Source: Hemiscyllium ocellatum (taxonomy: Eukaryota). From it: a DNA stretch of 64,000 nucleotides. The notes under the pieces were generated by a model that had not been told where the DNA came from, did no database searches, and worked only from the letters and a program-made list of their open reading frames with translations. The stretch covers positions 97,870,409 through 97,934,408 of the forward strand of contig NC_083413.1 in the NCBI RefSeq assembly GCF_020745735.1, read 5' to 3'. A program made the translations under genes and the position numbers. Below, piece by piece: positions 13,081-26,040 of this stretch (position 1 is its first letter; each line of letters opens with the position of its first letter).

Positions 13081-14695
13081 CGACTGAGACCAATCCAGGG
13101 CTAATTTATGCTGTAAAATGTCGTGACTCTGTGATAGTTTGAAACAACTGACATATTTTGAGAGAGGGTAATGCATTGGTGAGCTAAATAGAATGACTTT
13201 ATTTCTGAACAGCTTCACCTTGGGTCAAAATTGAAACATTCAACATGGACAACAATCTCGAGGAGTAAAATCAGTGCAATGAGAGGATTTTAGAAAGGAA
13301 ATTATCAAAACAAAATAATTCATGAGAAACCATTGACAGATTGAATAAAGGAAAACTCATAGAAGCTGTTTAATATTGTAAGAGCAAGAGAATAACTGGG
13401 GCAAGTGTTCGGACCCATTACAGACCACTGTAGCAATCTGCTAGTGGATGGATAAGACATGGACACAGTCTTCAGTGAATAATTTGCATTTGTACTCACA
13501 ATTAAAAAGGAAAACAGAGTTATGGACATCAGATTGGATAGACTGAACAATTAGATGAAATTGCTATAGAGTGGAAATACTAGGGAGTTCAGTTGCCCTG
13601 AAAAAGGATTAACCTGAATGCATGTTTGAGTTGTATCCTGTTCTGTCAGCAGAGTCAAGAAAGGATAGATGAATGGCCCTATCAATAATTTAAAATTCTC
13701 TCTGTCCATGGATGAAGTGCAAGATAATGGGGAGCTGCTAGCATTATCCAAGTGTCACAATAATGGAGAAAGTGGTAGACCAGGAAATTAGAGCCAATCA
13801 GTGTAACAGCGGTGATGGGGAAGTTATTCAAAATAATTCTTGTCAATACACTGATGTTAGTCAGGGAGAGCCAGTAAGAATTTCATAAGGCTAGGCTGTT
13901 GTTTGACAGAGTTGTTTTTCTTGAGGAGGGAACCACAATTGTTGATGTGGGTAATGCAGCTGATTAATGCTATGGATTTTAGCAAACTTCTGATAAATTC
14001 CTTCATGGAAGACTGATCAAGTAAAGGACCATGGGACGCAAGGGCAAGTTGTATATTAGATGCAAAATTGGTTGAGACGCAAAAAAACTGAGGGAGACGG
14101 CAGAGTGATGTTCTCTGCATTAGAATTATATAGCACAGAAATTCGTATATGCCAACCAGATATCCTAAACTGATCCAGTTCCATTTGCCAGCATCTTTCT
14201 CATGTCCTTTCAACCCTTCCTTCACAAATAGTTATAGAGGTGCCTGTTAAATGTCTTAATTGTACCCGCCTCCACCATTCCTCTGGCAGCTCGTTATTTG
14301 AAGTGTGTTCCAATAGGGTTCCACAGAGCTTGGTGCTGAGGCCCTTGCTATCTACGGTGTATTTTCAGAATTTGGAGATAACTGCAGGTGCTATGATGAA
14401 GAAGTTTGAATATGACATGAAAATTGGCCAGGTGATCAATAGTGAGGAGAATGGCATAAACTGCAGGAGAGCACCAACAGATTGTTCAGCTTTGCAGAGC
14501 AATGGCAAATGGAATTCAACTTGGGAAGTAGTGAGAGGCCGTGTACTTGTGGAAGGCAACCAAGAATGACACCAATAACAGGGAGACCATGCAAAGTAGT
14601 GACTATCAGTGGGTATTTGGTATACAAATCCACAGGTCCCTGAAGGTACAGGGCAGGAAGGTAAAGTGATTCAGAAACCAGATTGGTGATTTTTG

Positions 14696-14867
14696 GAGTG
14701 GTGCTGGAAAAGCATAGCAGGTCCGTCAGCATCCAAAGAGCAGGAAAATCAATGTTTCAGACAAAAGCCCTTCATCAGGAATTCCTGATGAAGGGCTTTT
14801 GCCCGAACTGCCGATTTTCCTGCTCTTCGGATGTTGCCTGACCTGCTGTGTTTTTCCAGCACCACTC
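14696..14867. ncRNA. 172-bp palindromic cassette with two outward-facing hammerhead ribozyme motifs
   Basis: Imperfect inverted repeat centred on GAATTC (14781/14782). + arm CTGATGA-A-GGGC(TTTT)GCCC-GAAC; - arm CTGATGA-A-GGGC(TTTT)GTCT-GAAAC. Confidence 0.8.
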
Positions 14868-15120
14868 TAATCTAGACTCTGGTTTCCAGCATCTGCAGTC
14901 CTCACTTTTGCCTAGATTGGTATATTTGCGTGATTTAGCCAAGGTGATTTTGAGTTGGGGACCAAGTGTAGTGCCTCAAAGTTCGCAGATAACACTGAAA
15001 TGAGTGGGACAGTGCAGAGGACACTGAAAGTCAGCAAAGGGATATAAATAGGTTAAGTGAGTGGACAGGGGTCTGGTAGATGAAGCACAATGTTGGTAAA
15101 TGTGAGGTCATCCATTTTGG

Positions 15121-15345
15121 TGGGAGTCAGTTTAGCTCACTTGGCTGGATTGGTGGTTGGCAGAGCACTGTGATACCAACAGTATGGGTTCAATTCCCAT
15201 CACTGGTTTGAGGTTAGCATGGAGGATGCTCTTTCACAACCTCTTCCCTTGCTTGAGGTCTGGTGGCCCTCAGGTGAAATCATCACCAGTTGCTTCTCTG
15301 TAATGAGAGGGCAGTCCTATGATCTGGTAAGGCTATTGTGACACA
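15121..15345 (+). mobile_element. tRNA-derived SINE (family not HE1, unassigned)
   Basis: A-box-like TTTAGCTCACTTGG and B-box GGTTCAATTCC; inserted within a CR1 fragment. Confidence 0.65.
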
Positions 15346-16489
15346 ATACAAATACATCCATTTTGGGCAAAATAGGCTCCTATTTAAATAGTGAAAAATT
15401 GCAGGATGCTGCTGTGCAGAGGGATCTGTGTGTTCTTGTGCATGAATCACAGAAGGTTAGTATGCAGGTGCAGCGGGCAAACAGAATAGTGCCATTATTT
15501 CTAGAGGGATAGTGCTTCAAAACAGGGAGGGCATGCTGCAGTTGAATTGGATGCTGGTGAAGGGATCTGATAGCACTTTATAAGATCATGAGGGGATGGA
15601 TGGGGTGCATCAGAAGGCATTTCCTTTTTCCATCAATAGAGGATTCAACAACCAGGGGCACAGATTTATGTTTCGATGAAGATGGCTTAGAGGACAGTTT
15701 GGGAGAAGACTTATCACTCAGAGTGTTGTTGGAATATGGAAGCCACTGCCTGATGATGTGGTTGAGTCGGAAACTGATGTAATATTTAAGCAGCACCGAA
15801 ATAGAGTCATATAGACTGGTCCAACCAGTCCATGCTGAACATCATTCCAAATTACATATGTCCCACCTGCCTGCACCTGGCCCATATCCCTCCAAACCTT
15901 TCCTACTCATGTATCTATCCAAATAGCTTTTAAACGTTGTAATTGTACCCACATCCACCACTTCTTCAGGAGGTTCATTCCACTTTCAATTACTTTGCCA
16001 CAACCTCCAGGGCTTTGTAAGCAAACCTGGAAAATTGGATGATTGTAGCCAGCTATTTGTTAACATGGACACAATGATCTGAATGTTTCTAGCTTTTCTG
16101 TTCATGTTTCTGCATCAATGTTGAAACATCTTTCTCAATGTCACAAGCAAAAGCACAAACTGCTGAGAAAACTCAGCTGGTCTGGCAGCATCTGTGGAAA
16201 GAAAGCAGAGTTCATGTTTCAGGTCCAGCGATCCTCACCAGCAGTAACCAGCCTCTTTTGTTGTTTCTGTTTTCCAGCATCAAAGTGCTTTGTCTGTGTT
16301 TGCTACTTTCTTACTGTTCTTGGGTCTGCTGGGGTGTTTGGAGATTTCTGATTGGTTAAAGCAGCCATTACACTGCAAGAACTCAGCAACCATTGGACAA
16401 AGGGAATACCCATTACAATCTGTCCATTTTGATTGGTTAAAACCGTCAAAGTCATAACATGGCTGATAGGATATGTGCTAATTAGACAG

Positions 16490-16837
16490 ACAGGAAGCTG
16501 GAAGAACACAGCAAGCCAGACAGCATCAGGAGGTAGAGAAGTGGGTGTAACCCTTCTTCAGGACTGGGGGTGGGTGTGGGGGGACCTGCAGATAAAGGGG
16601 GTGGCAGGGGCAGGATAGTGAAGTGGGGATAGGTGAGGACAGGTAGAGAGTATGACCTAGTTAGTCAATGGAAGGAATGAATTCAGTTGGTGGCAGAGAG
16701 CAGTGGAAGGGCTGGGAGAGGACAGGGCGGGGGGAAGCGGCTTTGAAGGGAGTCGGGAGATGGGGAGGGAGGTTATTTGAAATTGGAGAACTCAATATTG
16801 TGTCCTCCGGGCTGCAGGGTGCCCAGGCAGAAGATAA
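16490..16837 (-). mobile_element. PLE 3' end (GIY-YIG C-terminus and purine-rich UTR), cut by assembly gap
   Basis: Minus strand IFCLGTLQPGGHNIEFSNFK* is the conserved PLE C-terminus; decayed CTGAAGA-AGGG(TTACA)CCC core at ~16546-16561. Confidence 0.75.
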
Positions 16838-17037
16838 NNNNNNNNNNNNNNNNNNNNNNNNNNNNNNNNNNNNNNNNNNNNNNNNNNNNNNNNNNNNNNN
16901 NNNNNNNNNNNNNNNNNNNNNNNNNNNNNNNNNNNNNNNNNNNNNNNNNNNNNNNNNNNNNNNNNNNNNNNNNNNNNNNNNNNNNNNNNNNNNNNNNNNN
17001 NNNNNNNNNNNNNNNNNNNNNNNNNNNNNNNNNNNNN
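16838..17037. other. Assembly gap (200 N)
   Basis: Run of N; physical linkage across it is not proven by the sequence. Confidence 1.
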
Positions 17038-17698
17038 GTCAGCAATGAGTCCCTATCCCCAACTGCCCATTGAATAGCTTGCTAAAGCCACTTCAGAACA
17101 CAGTCAATTACTTCCCAGTGGGTCTGGAATCTCATGTCGGCCAGACCATGTAGATGTGACAGATGCCTTGTCATTCGTGAACCAGCTGTTTTTGTATTTT
17201 TCCATTGACTCGGGTTACATGGTCATCATTTGCCTTCCTTTCTGATTCCAGGATTTCTTTAAATTCAAATTTCACTCAAATGCAAAACGATGATATTCCA
17301 AACCCTGGCCATTCAACATCAAAGTGGAGTTCGAGAATACTGGTCCCATGATATCATCACTGTGATCCGAATGTTGGAAATGCACAGAAAGCACAGAAAT
17401 GCAAGAAATCTGACACTTTACATCATGAACAAATATTGGAGTGGAATACTGGCAAGAACTCTCTTGCTGTTCACAGCAACATCACATTGCATCCAATCAC
17501 CAATCTAAAATCTGTCTGAAGAGCCTGACTCACCGTCATTTGCATTTGTTGAATTCTTCACTGAATTATGAAAGCGTTAGTCACATATCCCAAGAAGGTG
17601 GTCATCAGCTCCCTTTTTGAGGCCTGCCATCTTGTTCGGCTAATTATGGTTGATCTTTCTTAAGAAGCTTTATTACAATCAAATGGCTTCTCAGATCG

Positions 17699-17905
17699 AG
17701 TGCTGGAAAAGTACAGCAGGTCAGGCAGCATCCGAGGAGCAGGAGAATCGACGTTTTGGGCATAAGGCCTTTATTAAGATACCTGATGTAGTTGTTATGC
17801 CTGGGACGTTGATTCTCCTGCTCCTTGGATGCTGCCTGACCTGCTGTGCTTTTCCAGCACTACACTCTCAACTCAGATCTCCAGCACCTGCTGTCCTCAC
17901 TTTCT
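17699..17905. mobile_element. Palindromic hammerhead-type cassette, decayed
   Basis: Arms AGTGCTGGAAAAG...GACGTTTTGGGCATAAG / TTATGCCTGGGACGTTGATTCTCC...TTTTCCAGCACT; both cores mutated. Confidence 0.7.
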
Positions 17906-18556
17906 CCTGATGGGTTTCTTAGTCAGGTTCGGCACAGGAAAGGAACCATCGCCTTTTTGTTGAACAGGTAGGGAAGGCCAGGTAGGAAGGTCACACATCC
18001 TCCTCTGAAGGGCAATACTGAACCATGTAACATGCTTCAAAACTTTGGTAGGTCTGTGATTATCATTCGTTACTTCAGCAGTTTCATTTCATACTCTTTC
18101 ATTAATTGAAGCTACTATGGTATAGTTTGATTCTGGAACTTTACTCCAAACCTTTTGATTGCTTATTACATGCTCATAATGCCTCCTTAACCACTTTCTC
18201 AAACTGTCATGTTAGCCTCAATGATTTTTTTATTGACTCATGGAACACGGTGGTTGCTTTTAGTTGTCGGTAGGTGTCCTTCAGAAGATGGCAGAAAGCT
18301 GCCTTTCTGAAATAACACGTTCCAAAATGACCTGAGGAAGGGAATTCCAGATTTTGACCCAGTTACAGTAAAAGATCGATGATATATTTCCATGTCAGGA
18401 TGCTGAGTAGTTTAGAGAGGAGCTTACAGTGGTGCTGCTCCCATGTATCTGCTGTTCTTATCCATCGAGATGCAAGTGGTAGTGGGAAGGTACTGTGTAA
18501 GGAAGTGGCTAAGTTACTGCAGTGCAGTATTTTAGATAGTGCATACGGCAGGTATG

Positions 18557-18648
18557 CCTGAAGAAGGGCTTATGCCCGAAACATCGATTCTCCTGCTCCT
18601 TGGATGCTGCCTGACCTGCTGCGCTTTTCTAGCAACACATTTTTCAGC
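18557..18648 (+). ncRNA. Single-arm hammerhead cassette with intact core
   Basis: CTGAAGA-A-GGGC(TTAT)GCCC-GAAAC-ATC; the ACGT palindrome has become ACAT, consistent with CpG decay. Confidence 0.75.
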
Positions 18649-19480
18649 ATATGGCAGGTACTAAGCATCAGATTTGGAGGCAATGGACGCTTGTGGATGT
18701 GCTGCTGATCAAGTGGGATGCTTTGTCCTGGACAATGCCTAGCTTCTTGAGTGCAGTTGAAGGTGCTCCTGTCCAGTCAAAGGGCGAGCTGTGCTATTAC
18801 CCTCCTGACTTCTGTCTCTTAGACAGTCAGTTGGCTTTGCAAGTCAGGAGGGTGAGTTACTCGCTACAGTATTCCTAGCCTCTGGCCTGCTCTTACAACC
18901 ACTGTATTTATATGGAGTGTCCAGCTCAATTTCTAATGAACAATAAAACCCAGGATGTCGATGGTGAGGGATTCCGTGATGGTAACACTATTGAATGTCA
19001 AGGGGTTTTGGTTAGATTGTCTCTTATTGTCAATGGTCATTGTCTCGCAGGTTTGTGGTGTGAATGCTATTTGCCACTTGTCAGCTCAAGGCTGGAAATT
19101 GTCCAGATTTTGTTGCGTTTGAATGTGGACTGAGCAGTCACAAAAAAAGTGCTAGATCAATGCAGATTTCACTTCTGACCTTCTGAGGGAGGGAAAGGCA
19201 TTGCTGAAGCAGCTGAACATGATTGGGCCAAGGACACTTTCTTTAGGAACTCCAACAGAGATTTGCTTTGGCTGAGACGACTACCCTCTAACAAGCAGAG
19301 CCACCTTCCAATGTGTGAGGTCTGACTGCAGGCAGCAGGGAGGTTGTCACCTGATACCCATTGAATCCAGTTTTGCTAGGACTCCATAATATCACACTCT
19401 GTCGAATGTGACCTTAATGTGAAGGGCTGTCACTCTTCCCTCATTTCTGGAATTCAGTTCTTTGTCCATGTTTAAATCAA

Positions 19481-19707
19481 CTAGGAGAAAGTGAGGACCG
19501 CAGATGCTGGAGATCAGAGCTTAAAAATGTGTTGCTGGAAAAGCGCAGCAGGTCAGGCAGCATCAAAGGAGCAGGAGAATCGGCGTTTCGGGCATAAGCC
19601 CTTCTTCAGGAATCAGGCTTCAGAAGGGCTTATGCCCAAAACGTCGATTCTCCTGCTCCTTTGATGCTGCCTGACCTGCTGCGCTTTTCCAGCAACACAT
19701 TTTTAAG
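19481..19707. mobile_element. Palindromic hammerhead cassette with 15-bp target-site duplication
   Basis: Arms 19519-19708; flanked by CCATGTTTAAATCAA at 19466-19480 and 19708-19722. Confidence 0.85.
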
Positions 19708-22169
19708 CCATGTTTAAATCAAGTCTGTAATTCAGTCATGAGCTGAGTAGGCCTTGCGTAACCCACATTTTATGTCACTGAGCAGGTTATTACTGAGCTA
19801 GTGCTGCTTGATAGCACTGTTGAAAGCACCTTCCTACACCTAACTCATGATTGAGCATGGACTGATGGAGCAGTAATTCGCCAGGGTGGTTTGACCTATT
19901 TTCTGTGCACAGGACATGCCTGGCCTATTTTCCACATTGTCCATGCCAGTATTGTAGCTGTACTCGGAGTGCTTGGCTAGCACAAGTCAGCAGTATTATT
20001 GCCAGAATTTTGTCAGGCTCCATAGCATTTGCAGTAACCAGTGCCCCCCGCCCAACAGTGCCTTGATTTCACATGGAGAGAAGCGAATTCCCTGAAGACA
20101 GGTATCTGTAATATTGGTGATCTATAGAAGATGCCGAGATGGATCAGACAATTGGCACTTCTGGCTGACGATTGCTGTGAATGCTTCAACCTTAACTTTT
20201 GCGCTGATGTGTTGAGCTCTCCAAAGCAGAGCAAGGGGATATCTGTGGAGCTTATTCCTTCAATGAGTTGTTTAATTATCAACTTTAGTTCATGACTTGA
20301 TGTGGCAGCACTGCAGGCTCAGACCCCAGTTTCCTAAAGTAATGGTCTAGCCACAATATCTCCAGACTATAACTCCAACCCACACTCCATGATGTGGATA
20401 TGCACAACAGAAGATCGCTTATCCTTTGTATTTGTAGATTCCAACAATGCATCGTATATTCACTTCATTTGTTAGTCTTGAAAATGCTTTACTTCACAGA
20501 CTTTAGGATATAATGTTCTGTTTTCAATTCTTCTCTCCAACAGGCAAGGTCATCGATGTCACACTGGCTTTCCTCCTCATTAATTGCAAAACCAAACGTT
20601 TTTCACCTCATCTTTGAACTTACTGATCAAAATTGCTACATTCTTGACTAGATCGTTCATATACGCTGCAAACAGCAAAGGATCTAGCACCAAGTCGTAT
20701 AGTAAGCCACTGGACACAAGATGTCTTCACAATGACTACCTTCGACCATTACCTTCTGCCAACAAATAACCCTTCGATGCATTTGCCAAACTGCACCAGA
20801 TCCCATGAACCCTTAGTATATTGAAGATGCAAGACCTGGTCAAAAACCTGATTGAAGTCAAGAAGCATTACATCCACTTTTTACACCCGATGGCACATCT
20901 CATTGCCTCTGCGGAAAACAGAATCAACCACTTCCGATATGATCTCACTTCCACCAAAGCCCTGCTGAATTTTATTGCTTAAACCTTACAATTCCAACTT
21001 TTAATGAATGCTGTCTCTTAGATTTATTTATTACCTTCCCTCAAGCTTTCTACTTTTAAACATAGGTTTATGAGCGAAACTACATATTGTCATTTCGCTC
21101 CTTTCACCCGATGATATCTCTTCTTATCTCTCTGACAGATAATTTACTCGAGCTGAAATAATCTTGTGTCTCTTCTGCTTCATTCTGGAAAATGGGAATG
21201 GAATTGAATACAATGTTGAGACCAACAGCAAACTGTCCGTTTGTTCTTGACACTGTCAGTGTGTGTTCACCCTCAGAGGTAGGAAGACTGTTTGTGCTGA
21301 TAATACGGAAAGTAGCGCCTGATGTATCATTCTCAGCTGGCGCGCAACTTCCTGTTTCTATGTGCCAGCAGCAAGCCACACATCTCACTTCTGATCAGAA
21401 AATAAACCCAGGGGATACAATCTGGCAGAAACACCTGCCAATGTGGCCTAGATCAGGACACAGAGTGTGAAGTGATCACATTGAAGTGACATTTGCAAAT
21501 CGACCTTTCGATCTCTATTTCACGGTCTGATTCCAGGACGTCGTTGGACGAGTCTCTCGACTATCTAACAAGCTCATTCGATTCACTAACGTCTGGAACA
21601 CATTGACATGCACCTTTCCATGTCTTTGATCGTGTACTACTTGTTACTCTCTCTTCAGATTTAATGTTCCCAGCTTTTGATTCTGTCTTCTGTATCCATC
21701 ACCTTCCCACCCAAATACATTCTGTTTGATCTATTTCCTAAATTTTGATCAACTAAACAAATAATACAGTTTAGTACAGACAGGTATGTTGGTGTGTCCG
21801 ATTAACAGAATCAATATATGGAGAGATCACCTTGGCTGTATCTAAATCTGACCGACATTGAATTCAAATAAACCACAGCACTGTGTGGTTTCAAACCTTG
21901 CAAATCTTCTCTCTTTGATAGAGCTTGTTCTAACAGTTAATTCTTGTCTTGATTATTTCAGAAACTATAACTAAAAATACCTATTTTTAACCAAGTTTCA
22001 AATATTATTAAAAGTTGCAGCACTGGCATTTCCTACAGTGAGTGTTGTGGTGTTTAAATGTTCTGGTCAAAATTTGCTTCAAGCAGAAGACTGAACCATT
22101 GGTTTCTCTGAGTTCCCAGCCACTGCCCTTGCAGTTCCATAATAACTGCAAGCTATTGATAAGCCCCAG

Positions 22170-23305
22170 AATGAACAGAATGTCCAGGCCCTGTACACAT
22201 CCAAACGCCATGATGGAGGCCTCGAAGCCCTCCGTTTCTTCCTGTCATGCCAACCCAAGCAGTACATGCTCAACCTCAACTACATTTCCTTTCAATCCTC
22301 CCACTTCCTCCAAACCAAAGGGGTAGCCATGGACCCCAGCTATGCCTGCCTCTTCGTCAGATATGTGGAACAGTCAATCTTCCACAGCTACACCGGTATC
22401 ATTGCCCACCTTTACCACCGCTACATTGATGACTGTATCAATGCCACCTCATGCAACCACTAGGAGGTTGAACAGTTCATCAACTTTACTAAAACCTTCC
22501 ACCCTGACCTAAACTTTACAGGGACCATCTCGGACACCTCCCTCCCTTTCCTAGACCTCTCCATCTCTATCTCCAGTGACCAACTAAACATTTACTACAA
22601 GCCCACTGACTCCCACAGCTACCTGGACTACACCTCCTCCCACCCGACCTCAGGTAAAAATGCCATCCTTTATTCTCAATTCCTCTGCCTCCACCGCATC
22701 TGCTCCCAGGAGGTCCAGTTCCACCATAAAACATCCCAGATCCTTTATCAAAGAATGCAATTTCCCCTCCCACGTGGTCGATGATGCCCTTGAACCCCAT
22801 CCCTCCAATCGCAACAGGGAGCCCTCCTGGTCCTCATCTTCCACCGCACCAACCTTGCATACATCATATCATCCTCTGCTGCTTCCACCACTGTAAACAG
22901 ACCCCATCACTCGGGGTATATTTCCCTCCCTACACCTATCTGCATTCCGGAGACACCATTCCCTCCACGACTCCCTCGTCAGGTCCATGCCCCCCACCAG
23001 CCCACTCCCCACCCCTGTCACCTTCCCCTGTCACCACAGGAAGTGCAAAACCTGCGCCCACACCTCCCCCCTCACCTCCGACAAGGCCCCAAATGATCCT
23101 TCCACATCCCACAGAAACTTATCTATACTTCCACAAATGTCATCCACTGTGTCTGTTCCACCCGATGTGGTCTCCTCTGCATCAGGGAGACAGGACACTA
23201 ACTTGCAGATCATTTAAGAGAACATCTCTGGGACACCCGTGCCAACCAACCCCACGGCCCCGTGGCTGAACACTTTAACTCCCCCTCCCACTCCACCAAG
23301 AACAG
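22170..23305 (+). pseudogene. Penelope-like element RT and GIY-YIG pseudogene
   Basis: Remnants NVQALYTS..., FQSSHFLQTKGVAM..PSYACLFV..., YHRYIDD, then CKTCAH and CGLLCIRETG; multiple frameshifts and stops. Confidence 0.85.
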
Positions 23306-23843
23306 CCAGTCATATTCCTGTTCAATTCCAATGAATAAATACAAAATAACCGAGTCTGAATTTGGGATGATATTAATAGGATTTATTTCAATCTAAGCAT
23401 GAACAGATTATTTTGACTTAACAGGTGGAGAGATTCACTTCCTGAAAAAGCAGCTCAAGTGATATAAGCTGGCACCAAACCGAGGTTGGTCAATACTGAG
23501 GCAAAAGTACAGCATCCAGTCTTGAGTGAAATAAATAAAGAAACTATCTTAACCCCGGAACAAGATAGAGTGTATTAAATATGAACAAAGACTCGAGTAT
23601 TTTAGGATATAATAGAAAAGTAATTTATAGTATATTGAAATGCAAACAGAGATGTGAAGCCTCTACATTCTTCCTAGCTAAATTAATCATTTCAGAAATG
23701 CCTTTGTTAATTTTCATGTGTCACTCGTCGGTCCATTCCACGAACCTTGCGAGGTCCTTGTTAAATTCTGAACCATCAGGCGATGGTTCTCAGTGGTTGC
23801 GAGTTTCATGTTACAGCAAATTGTGATGTTGTCCACTGTATGC

Positions 23844-24423
23844 CAATGTCTTAGTTAAAAATTTGAAGCAATCACAGCTCCAAACATTTACAAAATATCA
23901 CTATGGATCTTCCTTGAGTCCAAAAAAAATCCCTTTGATCAATGATTTCTAAAATTTGTTCCCATATCTTTTTTTGAAGGACGTTTTCAAATAACTTGAA
24001 GTGCAAATGGTTCACATCAGTCGGAATACAGTAACATTTCATGTGTTACCCCACACAAAAAAAATCAAGCAATTTTGTTATCACGAGTTGTTCTAAGCAA
24101 GTCTAGGATGGACTGTTTTATCAAACAAAATCATTTCCAATGTTGTGAGGGCTCGTCTATCTTCTGTGCAATGGTCTGAATTTTGTATCTGAATGCAGAT
24201 GTAACTGGCTGCTCTGGGTAAAAGTACAGTTTGTGCCTTTCACATTGTTAATGTGTATTGCTGACTTTAGTTGAATAAAGTGATGTTGTCCCAGGCATCG
24301 TCTGGCACCATTAATTAGACCATTAATTTCCACATCGCTAGCCGGAGAGTCAGGTGGAGTTTATTAATATCATTGAACCGAAGGCTTGGAATATTTCCGG
24401 TATGAATCATGTGAATTAGAGCC
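23844..24423 (+). repeat. Left arm of a ~590-bp inverted duplication
   Basis: Reverse complement aligns along its length with 26041-26633 (e.g. CAGCTCCAAACATTTACAAAATATCACTATGGATCTTCCTTGAGTCC is shared exactly). Confidence 0.9.
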
Positions 24424-26040
24424 TCTGAACGAGACAAAGTAGGAAAGATGAATTGAGGAAAGATGAAGTTTTCACGACAGAGAGAGATCACTTCGCCCAT
24501 TACACCTGTATCATGTGAAAACAGAACCTTCCAGCCAACACCCACTTTATAGCATGTTGTCCATAATCCTGCAGGTGATAGCACTTGAAGTAAACATTCG
24601 GGAACATTGTGTAGGGTCTAATCCATTATCAACATAGATATGATCTCCAATGCTGTAAATCCTGGCTTATGGGGAAAAAAGTAGGGGCAGAACACCCATT
24701 TCTAAACGTTGTTTCTCAGGACGTTTTGACAATTCTTGACTTAATATCATTGTAAACTGACATGAAAAAAATGCAGACATGTTCCCCAGAAACGCTGACA
24801 GCAACATACCTTTACTCAGTCAAGATCAGCAAGATGAATTAAGAAAGTTTTTAAAAATCTTTCTTTTAACTGATTATTGGCAACACGGATTTCACAAAGT
24901 GAAACGTACAGAAGGGAAGGGTGGAGGGCTGGGTGTGGACGATGTTCACTTGTGAGAAACAAAGCTCACACACTTCAATAATTTCAGTCCGAGACAAAAT
25001 CTGAATCAGTGGTGCCCTTTATTTTACTCTTGCAAGATGGTGTGATGTCCACTGTCCACAAGGCAGGGACACACACACTGAATTCAACTAATACACAATA
25101 TTTATGTAATTTGGTTTCTATTTTTTTATTTCATTGCTCCTCCCCTGTTTACATCTTCCACTTCCCTAAGACCGGCGCCCTCCTTGTCTGTGACAAATGC
25201 TTATTTCTGGCCTCACAAGGCTGTTTGACCTCATCCCGCTGTGGCCCATTGTTAGGCATATCCTTTCTTCACTATTATCTATTCCCTCCATCTGTGCCTT
25301 CCCCTACCATACTGATCCTTATGACCCTTTTAATTGGGGTTTGTTCCTGTGTTTCAGTAAAAGTGGGAAACAAATGTTTATACCTACTGTTTGTACAGGC
25401 GTATCTAGCTTAACTCCCTCCCCTCACAGCATCTTATCTATTCGTCTGTAATATCTACCATTGTTTTGCAGTCACGTTTCATTCTTGCATACAATTTTAG
25501 TGAATACAAAAACAATTCTGTATTTCCTCTATATAGTTTCCATTCTTGTTGACTCAGCTCTTGGCTGAAACAATTACACACTGGTGTGAGTTCATTTACT
25601 TTGTATAAGTAATTATAATTGCAGAAATAACACTACTTTACCTATATCCCACACACTGTTCCCTGATGTCTGGTTGCATTTGTGAGCAACAGGTGAACCT
25701 GCGAACCAGATTCAGGATGGTACTGCAGGTATTTCAGCAGATACTGTGTAAACAGAATTCTCCCATAAATCAGCAATGACATGAACATTTATTTTTTATG
25801 GTGTTTGAAACCAAATAAAATTGAACAATATGGTGGGACAAGTTCCTTTCATTTCTTTGAACTAGTATCAAGGGACACTCTGTGTGGGCCTGGGGTGGCA
25901 GGAGGATCTTTAACAGCAGAATGTGAGGGAACAAAGTTACCGTTGGAAATCCAGATAGACTGGAACTTGTTTCACTGGAGGGTGAGAGTTCGGGGGGTGA
26001 CCTCATATAAGTTTATAAAGCCATGAGTGGAAAGGTGAAT

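Larger units (their letters stand above)
13290..15980. mobile_element. Patchwork of CR1 LINE RT and 3' fragments in both orientations with nested short elements
   Basis: CR1 motifs such as GTTCGCAGATAACAC (FADDT), GTAAATGTGAGGTCATCCATTTTGG and GAGGGATCTG; minus-strand 3' ends at ~14130-14290 and ~15800-15980. Confidence 0.7.
18240..20310 (-). mobile_element. Degenerate LINE ORF2 remnant of a second, non-CR1-tail family, interrupted by two hammerhead cassettes
   Basis: Reverse strand carries RT-like remnants (e.g. YxTGMDNVE-like segment at ~19930-19960); related fragments at ~5560-5780 and ~37380-37480. Confidence 0.55.

Noticed and set aside
16668-17073. ORFs spanning X runs
   Set aside because: They cross the N gap; only the PLE C-terminus is real.
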